Of a stretch of 64,000 nt of DNA, positions 50,045 through 60,221 are shown piece by piece. Source of the DNA: an uncultured Aliarcobacter sp. Lineage in GTDB: Bacteria > Campylobacterota > Campylobacteria > Campylobacterales > Arcobacteraceae. Numbering within the stretch: the stretch's first letter is position 1; every line of letters begins with the position of its first letter. The translations under genes and the position numbers were made by a program. The notes under the pieces are model-generated. The model was not told the origin of the DNA, ran no database searches, and worked only from the letters and a program-made list of their open reading frames with translations. The stretch is taken from assembly GCA_963677435.1 (NCBI GenBank), contig OY781945.1:64001-128000 (forward strand), in the 5' to 3' direction.

Positions 50045-51170
50045 TCATTTTCAAAATTTGTGCAACTTTTTCTAAAGTTACTGTTCCATTTTCTCCAATT
50101 TCTGTCATTCCATGTTTTTTAAGAGCACCAGTAATATTTTCAATCACCTTGTCATCAATATCATAATCATTCAGGTTTGTTGAAACTCCTATGCTGTTGT
50201 ACATATATTCTAATGATTCAATAACTATCTCTTTATTATGTTGAATATCAAAAACTTCTTTACCCATTAAATCTAATTTTTCTTTTTTCTCTTCAAGCAT
50301 AACTCTAATTAGTTGTGGTTGTACAACTGCTAAACTTCTTGCATGGTCAAGTCCATAAAAAGCAGTAATTTCATGCCCAATCATATGTGTCGCCCAATCT
50401 TGTGGAACTCCTGAACCTATAAATCCATTTAAAGCTTGGTTTGCTAATAACATTAAATTCTCTTGCCATACTAGCTCTTTTCTATTTTTCCAATCAACTG
50501 CAAGTGCTTTTAAACCTTTTAAAATTGTTAGTGCATAGCCATCATGTAAAAGAGAATTATTTGGACATGTTAAAAACTGCTCACAGGTATGTACAAAAGC
50601 ATCAACTAAACCATTTGCCAATTGTCTATCGTCTAAAGTACTCATAACACTTGGATCTAAAACTGCAAATTTTGGATATACAAGTGGTGAAGCAAAATAT
50701 CTTTTTTCATTTGTGATATGATTCGAAATAACAGCTGTTGGATTTGATTCACTTCCCGTTGCTGGAAGAGTTAAAATTGCGCCTAAAGGTAAAGCTTTTT
50801 CAACTTGTTTTGTTCCATCTAAAAAATCCCAACCATCACCATCATAAAATGCAGCTGCTACTAAATATTTACTACCATCAATTACAGAGCCTCCACCAAC
50901 TGCTAAAACAAAATCTATTTTTTCATCTTTAATAATTTTTACAGCTTTATTCAAAGTTTCAATAGATGGATTTGGTTCAATTCCACTAAACTCAAACCAA
51001 GTATATCCATCAAGTGCAGTTTTAACTTGATCATAAACTCCATTTTTTTTAATACTTCCACCACCATAAACAACTAAAACTTTTAATTTTTTATCAATAT
51101 AGTTAACTATTGACTTAATTTTGCCACTTCCAAACTCAATTGCTGTTGGATTAAAATATGTATACTTCAT
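50034..51170 (-). CDS. iron-containing alcohol dehydrogenase (YqhD/BdhA-like)
   Basis: YGGGSIKKNG, GGGSVIDG, TLPATGSE, DWATHMIGHE, HARSL. Confidence 0.92.
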   Translation of the reverse strand: MKYTYFNPTAIEFGSGKIKSIVNYIDKKLKVLVVYGGGSIKKNGVYDQVKTALDGYTWFEFSGIEPNPSIETLNKAVKIIKDEKIDFVLAVGGGSVIDGSKYLVAAAFYDGDGWDFLDGTKQVEKALPLGAILTLPATGSESNPTAVISNHITNEKRYFASPLVYPKFAVLDPSVMSTLDDRQLANGLVDAFVHTCEQFLTCPNNSLLHDGYALTILKGLKALAVDWKNRKELVWQENLMLLANQALNGFIGSGVPQDWATHMIGHEITAFYGLDHARSLAVVQPQLIRVMLEEKKEKLDLMGKEVFDIQHNKEIVIESLEYMYNSIGVSTNLNDYDIDDKVIENITGALKKHGMTEIGENGTVTLEKVAQILKMTMK

Positions 51171-51234
51171 GATAAGCCTTTATAATAATTTTGAAGCTTA
51201 ATTATAGGATAATTAACATTGCTAAAGGATTACA

Positions 51235-51834
51235 ATGCTTAGAATTTGGTTATTTACTTATTTTGCTATTTTTGTTTGGTCTGCTTTAAATCCAAAAGAT
51301 TTATTTACTTGGTTTTTAGAAGTATTTCCAGCAATTATTGCTCTGATTATTTTGGTTTTTACTTACAATAAATTTAGATTTACGCCTTTGGTTTATACAC
51401 TTATTTTAATTCATTGCATTATTTTAATGATTGGTGGTCACTATACTTATGCCCAAGTTCCTATTTTTGATTTTATAAAAGATTTTTTTAATCAAGATAG
51501 AAACAACTATGATAAATTGGGACATTTTGCACAAGGATTTGTTCCAGCCATGATTGCAAGAGAGATTATTATAAGAAAAAATATCATTTCTTCTGAATCT
51601 TGGAGAAATTTCTTCATAGTTTGTTTTTGTTTAGCTTTTTCAGCATTTTATGAACTTATAGAGTGGTGGGTTGCTATCTCTTCAAATGAAGCAGCAAATG
51701 ATTTTTTAGGAACACAAGGATATATCTGGGATACACAAAGTGATATGTTTTTTGCTTTAATTGGTTCTATTTTAGCTCTAATTTTATTAGGAAATTATCA
51801 TACTAAACAATTACTTAACATAAAAAAGATATAA
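51235..51834 (+). CDS. DUF2238/YjdF-family membrane protein
   Basis: GGHYTYAQVP, RNNYDKLGH, YELIEWW, GTQGYIWDTQSDM. Confidence 0.88.
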   Translation: MLRIWLFTYFAIFVWSALNPKDLFTWFLEVFPAIIALIILVFTYNKFRFTPLVYTLILIHCIILMIGGHYTYAQVPIFDFIKDFFNQDRNNYDKLGHFAQGFVPAMIAREIIIRKNIISSESWRNFFIVCFCLAFSAFYELIEWWVAISSNEAANDFLGTQGYIWDTQSDMFFALIGSILALILLGNYHTKQLLNIKKI

Positions 51835-51862
51835 CCCTCGCGATTATATAAAAGGAATTATC

Positions 51863-52303
51863 ATGACTTGTTGTGAAAACAAATTAGAATCTATTTTAAA
51901 TGAAGATATTGGAAAATTAATTTTAAGATTTTCAATTGCTGGACTTATGCTATTTCATGGCTTTGCTAAATTAGTACATGGGATAGATGGAATAAAATTT
52001 TTAGTTACAGATGCGGGACTCCCTGAGTTTATCGCTTATGGTGTTTATGTTGGAGAAATTGTTTTGCCAATATTAATCATTTTAGGTTTATTTACTAGAA
52101 TTTCATCACTATTTTTTGTAATAAATATGGTTTTTGCAATATATTTAGCTCATAGTAGTGAAATATTTACTATTGGAAAAACAGGTGGTTTAACTATTGA
52201 ATTAGCATTACTTTATCTATTAGGTGCAGTTTCAATTATGTTTATTGGTGCAGGGAAACATAGCTTTGATGCTAAGTGTAAAAAATGCGAGATTAAAAAC
52301 TAA
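51863..52303 (+). CDS. DoxX-family membrane protein
   Basis: LRFSIA..ML.HG.AKL, LGLFTR, GAGKHSFD. Confidence 0.88.
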   Translation: MTCCENKLESILNEDIGKLILRFSIAGLMLFHGFAKLVHGIDGIKFLVTDAGLPEFIAYGVYVGEIVLPILIILGLFTRISSLFFVINMVFAIYLAHSSEIFTIGKTGGLTIELALLYLLGAVSIMFIGAGKHSFDAKCKKCEIKN

Positions 52304-52334
52304 TTTAGAAAATGGGAATATCCCTTTTTCTAAA
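52304..52334. terminator. bidirectional terminator between the DoxX and LysE genes
   Basis: TTTAGAAAAtGGGA-ata-TCCCtTTTTCTAAA. Confidence 0.6.
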
Positions 52335-52342
52335 CTATACGA

Positions 52343-52942
52343 TTATTGTAATAAATTTGATAAAAGCATAAAAACAGCTGATAAAATAAGAATTGAACCC
52401 ATAATTACATTAAAAATTTTTAGTTTATTATGTGTATTTAAAAACTTCGTAAAATATAATCCTAAATATCCCCAAAAAGACAATGATAAATAACAAACAA
52501 TAAAATATATAAAGACAAATATCAAAAGTTTTTCATTGCCACTAAACATTGAAACACCAGATAATGAAGCAATCCAAGCTTTTGGATTTAACCATTGAAG
52601 TAAAAATCCTTCGTAAAACCTTAGATTTCTTTTATTTTCATCTTTTATTTCTAAAGAAGAATCAGAACTTGCAATTTTATATCCCATATACACAATAAAT
52701 GAAAAGCCAAAAAATTCCAAATAAGATAAAAAAGATGGATAGATATTTAAAATTTCTGACAACCCAAAACCTATAGAAATCAACAAAAATGTAAAACCAA
52801 TAGTAGCTCCTGAAATAAAAGCAAAGGTATTTTTAAAACCATTATTTATACTTGAAGTTACTATCATCATATTCACAGGTCCAGGAGAAATTGACATTAC
52901 TAAAGAAAAAAGAAGCATCGATAAAAATATTGTTAAACTCAT
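52343..52942 (-). CDS. LysE-family translocator
   Basis: SISPGPVN, GFLLQWLNPKAW. Confidence 0.92.
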   Translation of the reverse strand: MSLTIFLSMLLFSLVMSISPGPVNMMIVTSSINNGFKNTFAFISGATIGFTFLLISIGFGLSEILNIYPSFLSYLEFFGFSFIVYMGYKIASSDSSLEIKDENKRNLRFYEGFLLQWLNPKAWIASLSGVSMFSGNEKLLIFVFIYFIVCYLSLSFWGYLGLYFTKFLNTHNKLKIFNVIMGSILILSAVFMLLSNLLQ

Positions 52943-52994
52943 ATATTTTCCTAAAATTAAATTTAAAAAAAGTATATAAGTTTTTTAAATTTAA

Positions 52995-53810
52995 TTATTG
53001 TACAAAATTGAGTTTATACTCATTTGGAGTACAAGCAACAATTTTTAAAAAGTTTTTATGAAAGTGACTTTGGTCAAAAAAGCCACACTCTAAAGCGGTA
53101 TCTACAATAGAGTGATTTTTCCTCAAAAGTTCTTTTGATTTATTGATTTTTAGATTTAACAAATATGCATGAGGTGTCATATTCATTTCAGATTTAAAAA
53201 GTCTAATTATATAAAAAGCATTTAAATCAAACTTTTTTGATAAGTCATCTATAGAGATATTTTCTTTGTAATTTTCTTCTAAATAAGATACTATTTCTTT
53301 AAATCGTTTATCTACAATTTCTTCTTTTTTCTCATCTAAAAATAATGAAAAGAATTTAATAAAAAAACTATAAAGAGCATCCTCTTTATCTAAGATATAA
53401 TTATCAGAAAAAAGAAATTCACATAAATTTATATATTCATTATAGAAGTTCTCATCTTCTAAAATATCAACTGGAATATTAACAAATGTATCAACATCTT
53501 TATTTATAATATTTTGTATATTTGCACACCAACTTGTATTTAAATATAACATATAGTAGACATTTAATACATCACTACAAGAGTTACATGAATGCACAAT
53601 ATTTGGATTTATTATACTAATCATATTTTTATCTAAAGTATAAGAAGTGTCGCCATTCAGATAAATACTTACGCCTTTTTTATTTACACCTAAAGAAAAA
53701 GTATCATGAAAATGCTTTTTATAATGCATATTCGAATTTGAATATCTCAACTCAGCAAAAGGAAGTTTTTCATCAATAAATATTTTCGTAAATGTTTTTT
53801 CTTTATTCAT
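52995..53810 (-). CDS. AraC-family transcriptional regulator
   Basis: Cupin HFHD, C-terminal ALECGFFDQSHF..F....TP.EY. Confidence 0.93.
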   Translation of the reverse strand: MNKEKTFTKIFIDEKLPFAELRYSNSNMHYKKHFHDTFSLGVNKKGVSIYLNGDTSYTLDKNMISIINPNIVHSCNSCSDVLNVYYMLYLNTSWCANIQNIINKDVDTFVNIPVDILEDENFYNEYINLCEFLFSDNYILDKEDALYSFFIKFFSLFLDEKKEEIVDKRFKEIVSYLEENYKENISIDDLSKKFDLNAFYIIRLFKSEMNMTPHAYLLNLKINKSKELLRKNHSIVDTALECGFFDQSHFHKNFLKIVACTPNEYKLNFVQ

Positions 53811-53820
53811 AACTTAAAAA

Positions 53821-54675
53821 TTATTGCCCTTTTTTTAAAGTATATAATGAGTTTATAATTAAAGTTGCAATAATCAAACTTCCACCAATAAAAGTATTAG
53901 AACTTGGTATCTCATCCAAAAATATCCAAACCCAAATAGGTGCCATTATTGTCTCAATAATCATTAAAAGACTAACTTCACTAGCACTTATATATTTTGC
54001 ACCATTTCCTAATAAAACCCTTGAAATAGGACTTATTAATAATCCCATTATTGCCACCGTTATTAATGTTTTAATATCAATTGCTAAATCATCACAAAAG
54101 AAAAAAGTAATCACACTTAAACTTATACCGCTGTAAGCTGTTAAAACTACCCTACTCATCTCTTTATTATGTGATAAAAATACGAAATAAATAGAAAATA
54201 ATATAGTGCATAATAAGGCATATAAATTACCTAGTGAATCCCCTATTTCAAGATTATCACTAAATATTATATATAAGCCAATAAACATAAAAAATGAAGC
54301 ATAAAGTATGTTTTTAGTCATTTTTTCTTTGTAAATCAGATATGCACACAATGCTGAAAATAAAGCTGATGTACTAAAAATTATTACTACATTTGCAACT
54401 GTTGTTGTTTTAATAGCCGTAATAAAAAATATATTAGCAACTCCCGCTATTATCGAACAAATAATTAATATTTTATATGATGTTTTCATAGCATTTTTTA
54501 TAAACTCTTTACTTTTAAATACAAGAGTTGAAGCCATAGAGATAAATATAAAAATTCCTATATAAAAAGAAAATAAAAAAGGTGATATGGTTGTTAATTT
54601 TATAAATAAAGATTCCAAACTCATTATAAATACACCCAATGATGTAAGGAGTAATCCTCTAGCGTTATTTGTCAA
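53821..54675 (-). CDS. DMT/EamA-family transporter
   Basis: About 10 TM; SASEVSLLMIIET..PIWVW; start codon TTG. Confidence 0.88.
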   Translation of the reverse strand: MTNNARGLLLTSLGVFIMSLESLFIKLTTISPFLFSFYIGIFIFISMASTLVFKSKEFIKNAMKTSYKILIICSIIAGVANIFFITAIKTTTVANVVIIFSTSALFSALCAYLIYKEKMTKNILYASFFMFIGLYIIFSDNLEIGDSLGNLYALLCTILFSIYFVFLSHNKEMSRVVLTAYSGISLSVITFFFCDDLAIDIKTLITVAIMGLLISPISRVLLGNGAKYISASEVSLLMIIETIMAPIWVWIFLDEIPSSNTFIGGSLIIATLIINSLYTLKKGQ

Positions 54676-54900
54676 ATCGTAATTCCTAAATTATGTAAAT
54701 TTTGGCGGATTATATACAACTACATATTAGTTTTTGCTTCTTTCTTGTATTAATTCTATTTTCGATTTTTATAGTGTCAAAATTTAATCTTTCAATCCAA
54801 AACTAAAATTTAAAAGTTATTAAAAAAAGTATTTTAGTTATTTCTATAATTAAGAATGTGGTGTAAAAGAAATAATTCAGAAATCTACATAAAATAGCTA

Positions 54901-55749
54901 TTACTTTTTCATGATGTAGATTGAGTTCGCTATCAAAGTTAAAAGAATAATTCCACCACCTATAAAAGTATATGTACTAGGAACTTCTTTTAAAACCATC
55001 CAAACCCAAATAGGTCCCATAACTGTTTCAATAATCATTAAAAGACTTACTTCACTTGCATTTATAAACTTTGTTCCATTAAATATTAGAACCCTTGAAT
55101 ATGGTGTAATGATTAATCCCATTACAGCTACAACACTAAGATTATATAAATCAATAGTTATTGTGTCACTTGCAAAATAAGCTATTATAGCTAGTGATAT
55201 TCCTGTCATTCCAGTTAATGCTATCCGATTTATCCTAGTATATTTTGACATTAAAACAAAAGATAAAGAAAAAGTCATTGTACATAAAAGTGCTAAAACA
55301 TTACCTTTTAAGCTCCCCAACCCAACTTTATCATTAAATATTATTAAAAGCCCAAGAATCATAAAAAATGAAGCAATAAGAACATTTATTCTTATTTTCT
55401 CTTTATAAAATAAATATGAAAAGAAAGATGTAAATAAAGCTCCTGTTCCTATTATAAGTACAACATTTGCAGCAGTTGTACTTTTAATTGCCCAAATAAA
55501 GAAAATATTTGCACTACCCATTAGTATCCCACATAAAAGGAAAATATATAAGGATGTTTTTGTAATCTCTCTTATGATATCTCTTTGCTTTATTACAAGT
55601 AGTAAGAGCATTGAAATAAACATAAATATTCCCAAATAAAAAGAAAAAGTAAAAGGGGAAATAGAAGTCAATTTTATAAATAAAGATTCTAAACTCATTA
55701 TAAAAACTCCCAAAGCAGTTATTAAAATACCTTTTGTATTGTTGTTCAT
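54901..55749 (-). CDS. DMT/EamA-family transporter (paralog of the neighbour)
   Basis: Shares LGVFIMSLESLFIKLT and ASEVSLLMIIET with 53821-54675. Confidence 0.88.
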   Translation of the reverse strand: MNNNTKGILITALGVFIMSLESLFIKLTSISPFTFSFYLGIFMFISMLLLLVIKQRDIIREITKTSLYIFLLCGILMGSANIFFIWAIKSTTAANVVLIIGTGALFTSFFSYLFYKEKIRINVLIASFFMILGLLIIFNDKVGLGSLKGNVLALLCTMTFSLSFVLMSKYTRINRIALTGMTGISLAIIAYFASDTITIDLYNLSVVAVMGLIITPYSRVLIFNGTKFINASEVSLLMIIETVMGPIWVWMVLKEVPSTYTFIGGGIILLTLIANSIYIMKK

Positions 55750-55782
55750 ATGTTCTCGATGTTATTTTAATTTTAATTTTGC

Positions 55783-55926
55783 AAAATTGTTGTAGTGTGA
55801 GGAGTTTTGTTCAAAGTCAAGGCAATATTTAAAATTTTTGGAGGAGCTTACAATTAGTAAGTGAGTCTAAAAATTTTAAATACCAACACAGAGATTGGAT
55901 AAAAATACCCGTGCTACAACGATTTT
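55783..55926 (+). repeat. 144-nt nested-hairpin palindromic element
   Basis: Stems 55783-99/55910-26, 55805-14/55895-904, 55826-42/55866-82 and apical CTTAC-aatta-GTAAG. Confidence 0.8.
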
Positions 55927-58900
55927 TTAAATGTTGTAGTAGTTTGCTTCTTTGTGGGTAACCACAATTGCACAAGTTGTTTGTTCTGGGTGCATTTGGA
56001 ATGTTTCAGATAATTCTATTCCAAACTCTTCAGGATTTAATAAATCAAAGATATCTCTGTTCATTGCTAAATCTGGGCAAGCTGCATATCCTGGAGAATA
56101 TCTACACCCTACATATTGTTTCATTTGAACATCATTTAAAGTATGTCCCTCTTTTGGCACAATATCTAAATCAAGTCTGATTTGTTTATGTAAAACCTCA
56201 GCTAAAGCTTCAGCAAGTTCAACCCCAAGTCCATGAACTTGGTAATATTTTGTAAACTCACCTTTGTCGTATAAACTTCTTTCATAATCACTGATTTTAA
56301 GTCCAGCACTTGCAAGTGTAAAGGCAATAACATCAAGTCTATCATTTGCGAAAAAGTCGGCAATACATCTAAAAGGTTTTCTTTTTTGTCTTGGGAACTC
56401 TAATACTTTTATAGCTTCACTTAAAGGTGGTACATTTTTTGCTTCTTCAAGAGAATTAAACAAATATTTTTTATCAAAAATATAAATTTTATTATCATGG
56501 GAAATACAAGGATAATAAGCATAAATAGCAATTGGTTCAAAAATATTTTTATCCAATAATTCAGCTTTTAAAGCCTGATAAGTTGGTTCAACCACATCTT
56601 GTTCATATTTTAAGAACTTAGCTGAATCTTGTTTTCCTCTTTTATATCCCCATCTTTGTCTAAATAAAACCCTATGATTTATCCATTTAAAAATCAATTC
56701 TTTATCTAGTTTTTCACTTGTTCTTGCCATTCTTTCCCAAATTGGAGGGAAAGTAAATGTATTTGGTGCTGGAAGTGGTATTTCTTCATAAGGAGGAATA
56801 ACAACAGCCTCTTCTTCAACCCTATCACTTGTATCAACTATTTTTATTAAATCAGCGGCTAGAGCAGTATTATTCTCATCACCTTTTTCAATTCTTTGCA
56901 TAGAAACAACACCATCAAAAGCATCTCTACAATAAAAAATTGGTCCATCATAAAATGGTCTGCAATACTCATCAATAAAGTTTTTAGTTAAAGCTGCACC
57001 TCCAAGAAGTACAGGAACTTTTATTCCCATTCTTTGAAGTTCTTCAAGATTCTCTTTCATAACAGCAGTTGATTTAACAAGTAATCCACTCATTCCAATT
57101 GCGTGAGCGTTGTGTTCTTGAAGTTTTTCAATAAAAGTATCTAAACCTGCTTTTATACCAATATTTATAACTTTAAATCCATTATTACTTAAAATGATAT
57201 CAACAAGATTTTTACCAACATCATGAACATCACCTTTTACTGTTCCGATGATTAAAGTTGTTTCACTCTCTTTTTCTTGTTTTGGTAAATATGGGTTTAG
57301 TGCATCAACAGTTGCTTTCATAGTTTCAGCACTTTGAAGAACAAATGGTAACTGCATTTGTCCACTTCCAAATAACTCTCCAATAATCTTCATACCATCA
57401 ATTAGCCATTCATTTACTATAGTTTCAGGATTTACAGTATGTCTTAATTCATCAACTAAAGGAAGAAGTCTATCTTTATCTCCATCTAATAAAAGCATTT
57501 GTACTTTTTCTAAAGGTGGCATATTTTGATACTCTTCATCTGTTTGTTCTTCTTGAGCTTCTACATTTGAGAAGTGTTCAATGAAAGCGAATAAAGGGTC
57601 ACCATTTTCATGGTTATTAAATATTAAATTATCACAAGCAGCTCTGTCTTCATCACTTATTTTATTTAGAGGTAAAATGTGTTTAACATTTACAATAGCA
57701 GATGTTAAACCAGCTCTTACACAATGGTCAAGATAGATTGAATTCAGATAAATTCTAGCTTTTATATCAAGTCCAAAAGAGATATTTGAAAGCCCTAAAG
57801 TTGTTCCAACTTCTGGATGTAAAATTTGGAATTCACGAATTGCTTCCATAGTTTCAATTCCAGCTGTTCTATATTCATCATCTCCAGAACCAATAGTAAA
57901 TGTAAGCATATCAAATACTAAATCAGCAGGGTCAAATCCATGTCTATTTACACATAAATCAAAGATTCTCTCAGCAATTCTGATTTTATCCTCTTTTGTT
58001 TTTGCCATTCCAACTTCGTCAATAACAAGACAAACAAGTGCAGCTCCAAATTTTTTAGCTAAAGCACAAACAGCATCAAATTTTTCTTCACCATCTTCAA
58101 GATTTACAGAGTTAATAATTGCTCTTCCACCGATTTGTTTAAGTGCAGCTTCTAAAGCATAAATTTGAGTTGAATCTGGCATTAAAGGAAGTGCAACTTT
58201 TTGTGAATAAAGTGCCGTTACTTCATCCATATCTTTTCTTTCATCACGACCTGCAAATCCAACAGAAACATCAATCACATGGGCACCTGCTCTTACTTGT
58301 TGTTGTCCAACACTTAATGTACCCTCATAGTCATTTGCTTTTAATAACTCTCTAAAAGCCTTACTTCCAGTTGCATTTGAACGCTCACCAATAAGTAATG
58401 GTGCTGGTTCTTGTTTTAGAGGAACTGTTCCAAAAAGTGAAGCTAAAGATGCTTTTAAGAATCCGCAAGATTTTAAAGGTACAATTCCTTCTGTAGCTTT
58501 TGTTAAAGCTTCAATATGTTCAGGTGTTGTACCACAACAACCACCTAAAAATGAAACTCCATTTATTTTTAAAAACTCCATTTGTAAAGCTGTGAATTCA
58601 TCTGGTTGCATTGGATAGTAAGTTTTTCCACCTCTATTTTGTGGTAACCCTGCATTTGCATGAACTGAAATTGGAAATTTACAAACTTCACTTAAAGTTT
58701 TTACATGTTTATGAACTTGTTTAGGTCCAGTTCCACAGTTAAATCCTAAAGATAAAATATTAAAAGGACTTAATATGGCAGCTATTGTCATAGCATCAGT
58801 TCCAATAAGCATAGTTCCACTTAACTCAATAGTAACAGATACCATAATAGGAATATGTGGTGCTATATCATTTAGTGCATGAAGAGCAGCTTTTATTTGA

Positions 58901-59403
58901 AGTGGATCTTGACAAGTTTCAAGTAAGAAGATATCACATCCACCATCAGCTAAACCTTTTGCCATGATTTTGTAACCCTCGTACATTTCATCATATTTGA
59001 TGTGTCCAAGAGATGGAAGTTTCGTTCCAGGCCCAATAGAAGCTACAACAAATCTTGGTTTTTCTGGTGTGCTATATTTTTCACAAGATTTTTTTACAAG
59101 CGCTGCTCCAAGTCGTGATAATTCATACGACATATGTCCGATTTTGTATTCATCTAAAACCCAAGGCATTGAACCAAAAGTATTTGTACATATTAAATCA
59201 GCCCCTGATTTAGCATAATCATCATGGATAGTTTCTAAAACATGAGGTGCAGTTAAATTTAAAAGTTCATTACAACCCTCTAAATCCTGTTCTTCAAATA
59301 ACCACTCTTCTTGTTTTATATCTGCTAGTTGAAGCTGTGTTCCCATAGCTCCATCTATTATCAAAACTTTTTGTTTAATTAAATTTTTTATTGTTTCTAA
59401 CAT
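55927..59403 (-). CDS. metH: B12-dependent methionine synthase
   Basis: IIDGAMGT, GGCCGTTPEHI, IGERSNATGS, DVHDVGKNLV, SPGYAACPD. Confidence 0.96.
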   Translation of the reverse strand: MLETIKNLIKQKVLIIDGAMGTQLQLADIKQEEWLFEEQDLEGCNELLNLTAPHVLETIHDDYAKSGADLICTNTFGSMPWVLDEYKIGHMSYELSRLGAALVKKSCEKYSTPEKPRFVVASIGPGTKLPSLGHIKYDEMYEGYKIMAKGLADGGCDIFLLETCQDPLQIKAALHALNDIAPHIPIMVSVTIELSGTMLIGTDAMTIAAILSPFNILSLGFNCGTGPKQVHKHVKTLSEVCKFPISVHANAGLPQNRGGKTYYPMQPDEFTALQMEFLKINGVSFLGGCCGTTPEHIEALTKATEGIVPLKSCGFLKASLASLFGTVPLKQEPAPLLIGERSNATGSKAFRELLKANDYEGTLSVGQQQVRAGAHVIDVSVGFAGRDERKDMDEVTALYSQKVALPLMPDSTQIYALEAALKQIGGRAIINSVNLEDGEEKFDAVCALAKKFGAALVCLVIDEVGMAKTKEDKIRIAERIFDLCVNRHGFDPADLVFDMLTFTIGSGDDEYRTAGIETMEAIREFQILHPEVGTTLGLSNISFGLDIKARIYLNSIYLDHCVRAGLTSAIVNVKHILPLNKISDEDRAACDNLIFNNHENGDPLFAFIEHFSNVEAQEEQTDEEYQNMPPLEKVQMLLLDGDKDRLLPLVDELRHTVNPETIVNEWLIDGMKIIGELFGSGQMQLPFVLQSAETMKATVDALNPYLPKQEKESETTLIIGTVKGDVHDVGKNLVDIILSNNGFKVINIGIKAGLDTFIEKLQEHNAHAIGMSGLLVKSTAVMKENLEELQRMGIKVPVLLGGAALTKNFIDEYCRPFYDGPIFYCRDAFDGVVSMQRIEKGDENNTALAADLIKIVDTSDRVEEEAVVIPPYEEIPLPAPNTFTFPPIWERMARTSEKLDKELIFKWINHRVLFRQRWGYKRGKQDSAKFLKYEQDVVEPTYQALKAELLDKNIFEPIAIYAYYPCISHDNKIYIFDKKYLFNSLEEAKNVPPLSEAIKVLEFPRQKRKPFRCIADFFANDRLDVIAFTLASAGLKISDYERSLYDKGEFTKYYQVHGLGVELAEALAEVLHKQIRLDLDIVPKEGHTLNDVQMKQYVGCRYSPGYAACPDLAMNRDIFDLLNPEEFGIELSETFQMHPEQTTCAIVVTHKEANYYNI

Positions 59404-59495
59404 TCTTTTCTCTGTCTTATTTATTATAATTATTTTTGATATTTATTATTAGATAGTGTACTTAATTAGTAGTTAAAAAGCTGTTAAACAAAGTT

Positions 59496-60095
59496 TTAAA
59501 TTTTTTGAATAACTACTCTAATCACACAAGCTTCGCCTTGATGGCCAATTCCTTCATCTAAAATCACAATCTCTTCACTTAAGTCTTTTGTACAAAATAA
59601 AAAATGATTTTCAAAATCCTCTATTGTATATAAAAGCTCTAAATCTTTTGGGCCACCGCTATTATATGTTAACTGTTTTGTTGAGAAGAACTCACCGATA
59701 AAGTAACCATTTTTATTTAAAGATTCTTCAATCTTTTCAAACAAATTTTTTCTTTCATCTTTAAACATATGTAAATATGAAGCTACGATTACATCGTATT
59801 TTTCATCTGCTTTCCAATGATTTAAATCCATACAAACAGTTTTTATATTTAGATTTCCTTCTTTACTTTTTGAATCAAGTTTTGCTAAACCCACATCTGA
59901 AGCATCAATCGCACTAACTTCGAAACCATTCTTTGCAAAAAAGAGAGCATTTCTGCCCTCACCCTCACCTAAACATAAAAGCTTTTTCTTATTTTTTATT
60001 AACTCAATTTTTGAAGCTAAAAATTCATTTGCTTTAGTCCCATAAAAATAATCAGCTTTTGAGAATTTACCATTCCAAAATATTTGTTGGCTCAT
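59496..60095 (-). CDS. class I SAM-dependent methyltransferase
   Basis: LCLGEGEGRNA, SAIDAS, SGGPK. Confidence 0.88.
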   Translation of the reverse strand: MSQQIFWNGKFSKADYFYGTKANEFLASKIELIKNKKKLLCLGEGEGRNALFFAKNGFEVSAIDASDVGLAKLDSKSKEGNLNIKTVCMDLNHWKADEKYDVIVASYLHMFKDERKNLFEKIEESLNKNGYFIGEFFSTKQLTYNSGGPKDLELLYTIEDFENHFLFCTKDLSEEIVILDEGIGHQGEACVIRVVIQKI

Positions 60096-60132
60096 ATTTA
60101 ACCTTGTTAATTTTCTTTATTATATCTTTTAG

Positions 60133-60202
60133 AAAGTTAAACGCAACTAAGTTGCGTTTAACTTTTATTTTAATAATATTACAAAAATGCAACTTGGTTG
60201 CA
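60133..60202. promoter_or_regulatory. two GCAAC-N3-GTTGC operators (Zur/Fur-family-like)
   Basis: 33-bp palindrome AAAGTTAAACGCAACT-a-AGTTGCGTTTAACTTT (60133-60165) and TGCAAC-ttg-GTTGCA (60188-60202) upstream of a ZnuA-like gene. Confidence 0.7.
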
Positions 60203-60221
60203 GTAATAAAAGGACTATAAG

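Noticed and set aside
59404..59495. Cobalamin or SAM riboswitch upstream of metH
   Set aside because: Only 92 nt, extremely AT-rich, with no B12-box or SAM-riboswitch core visible.
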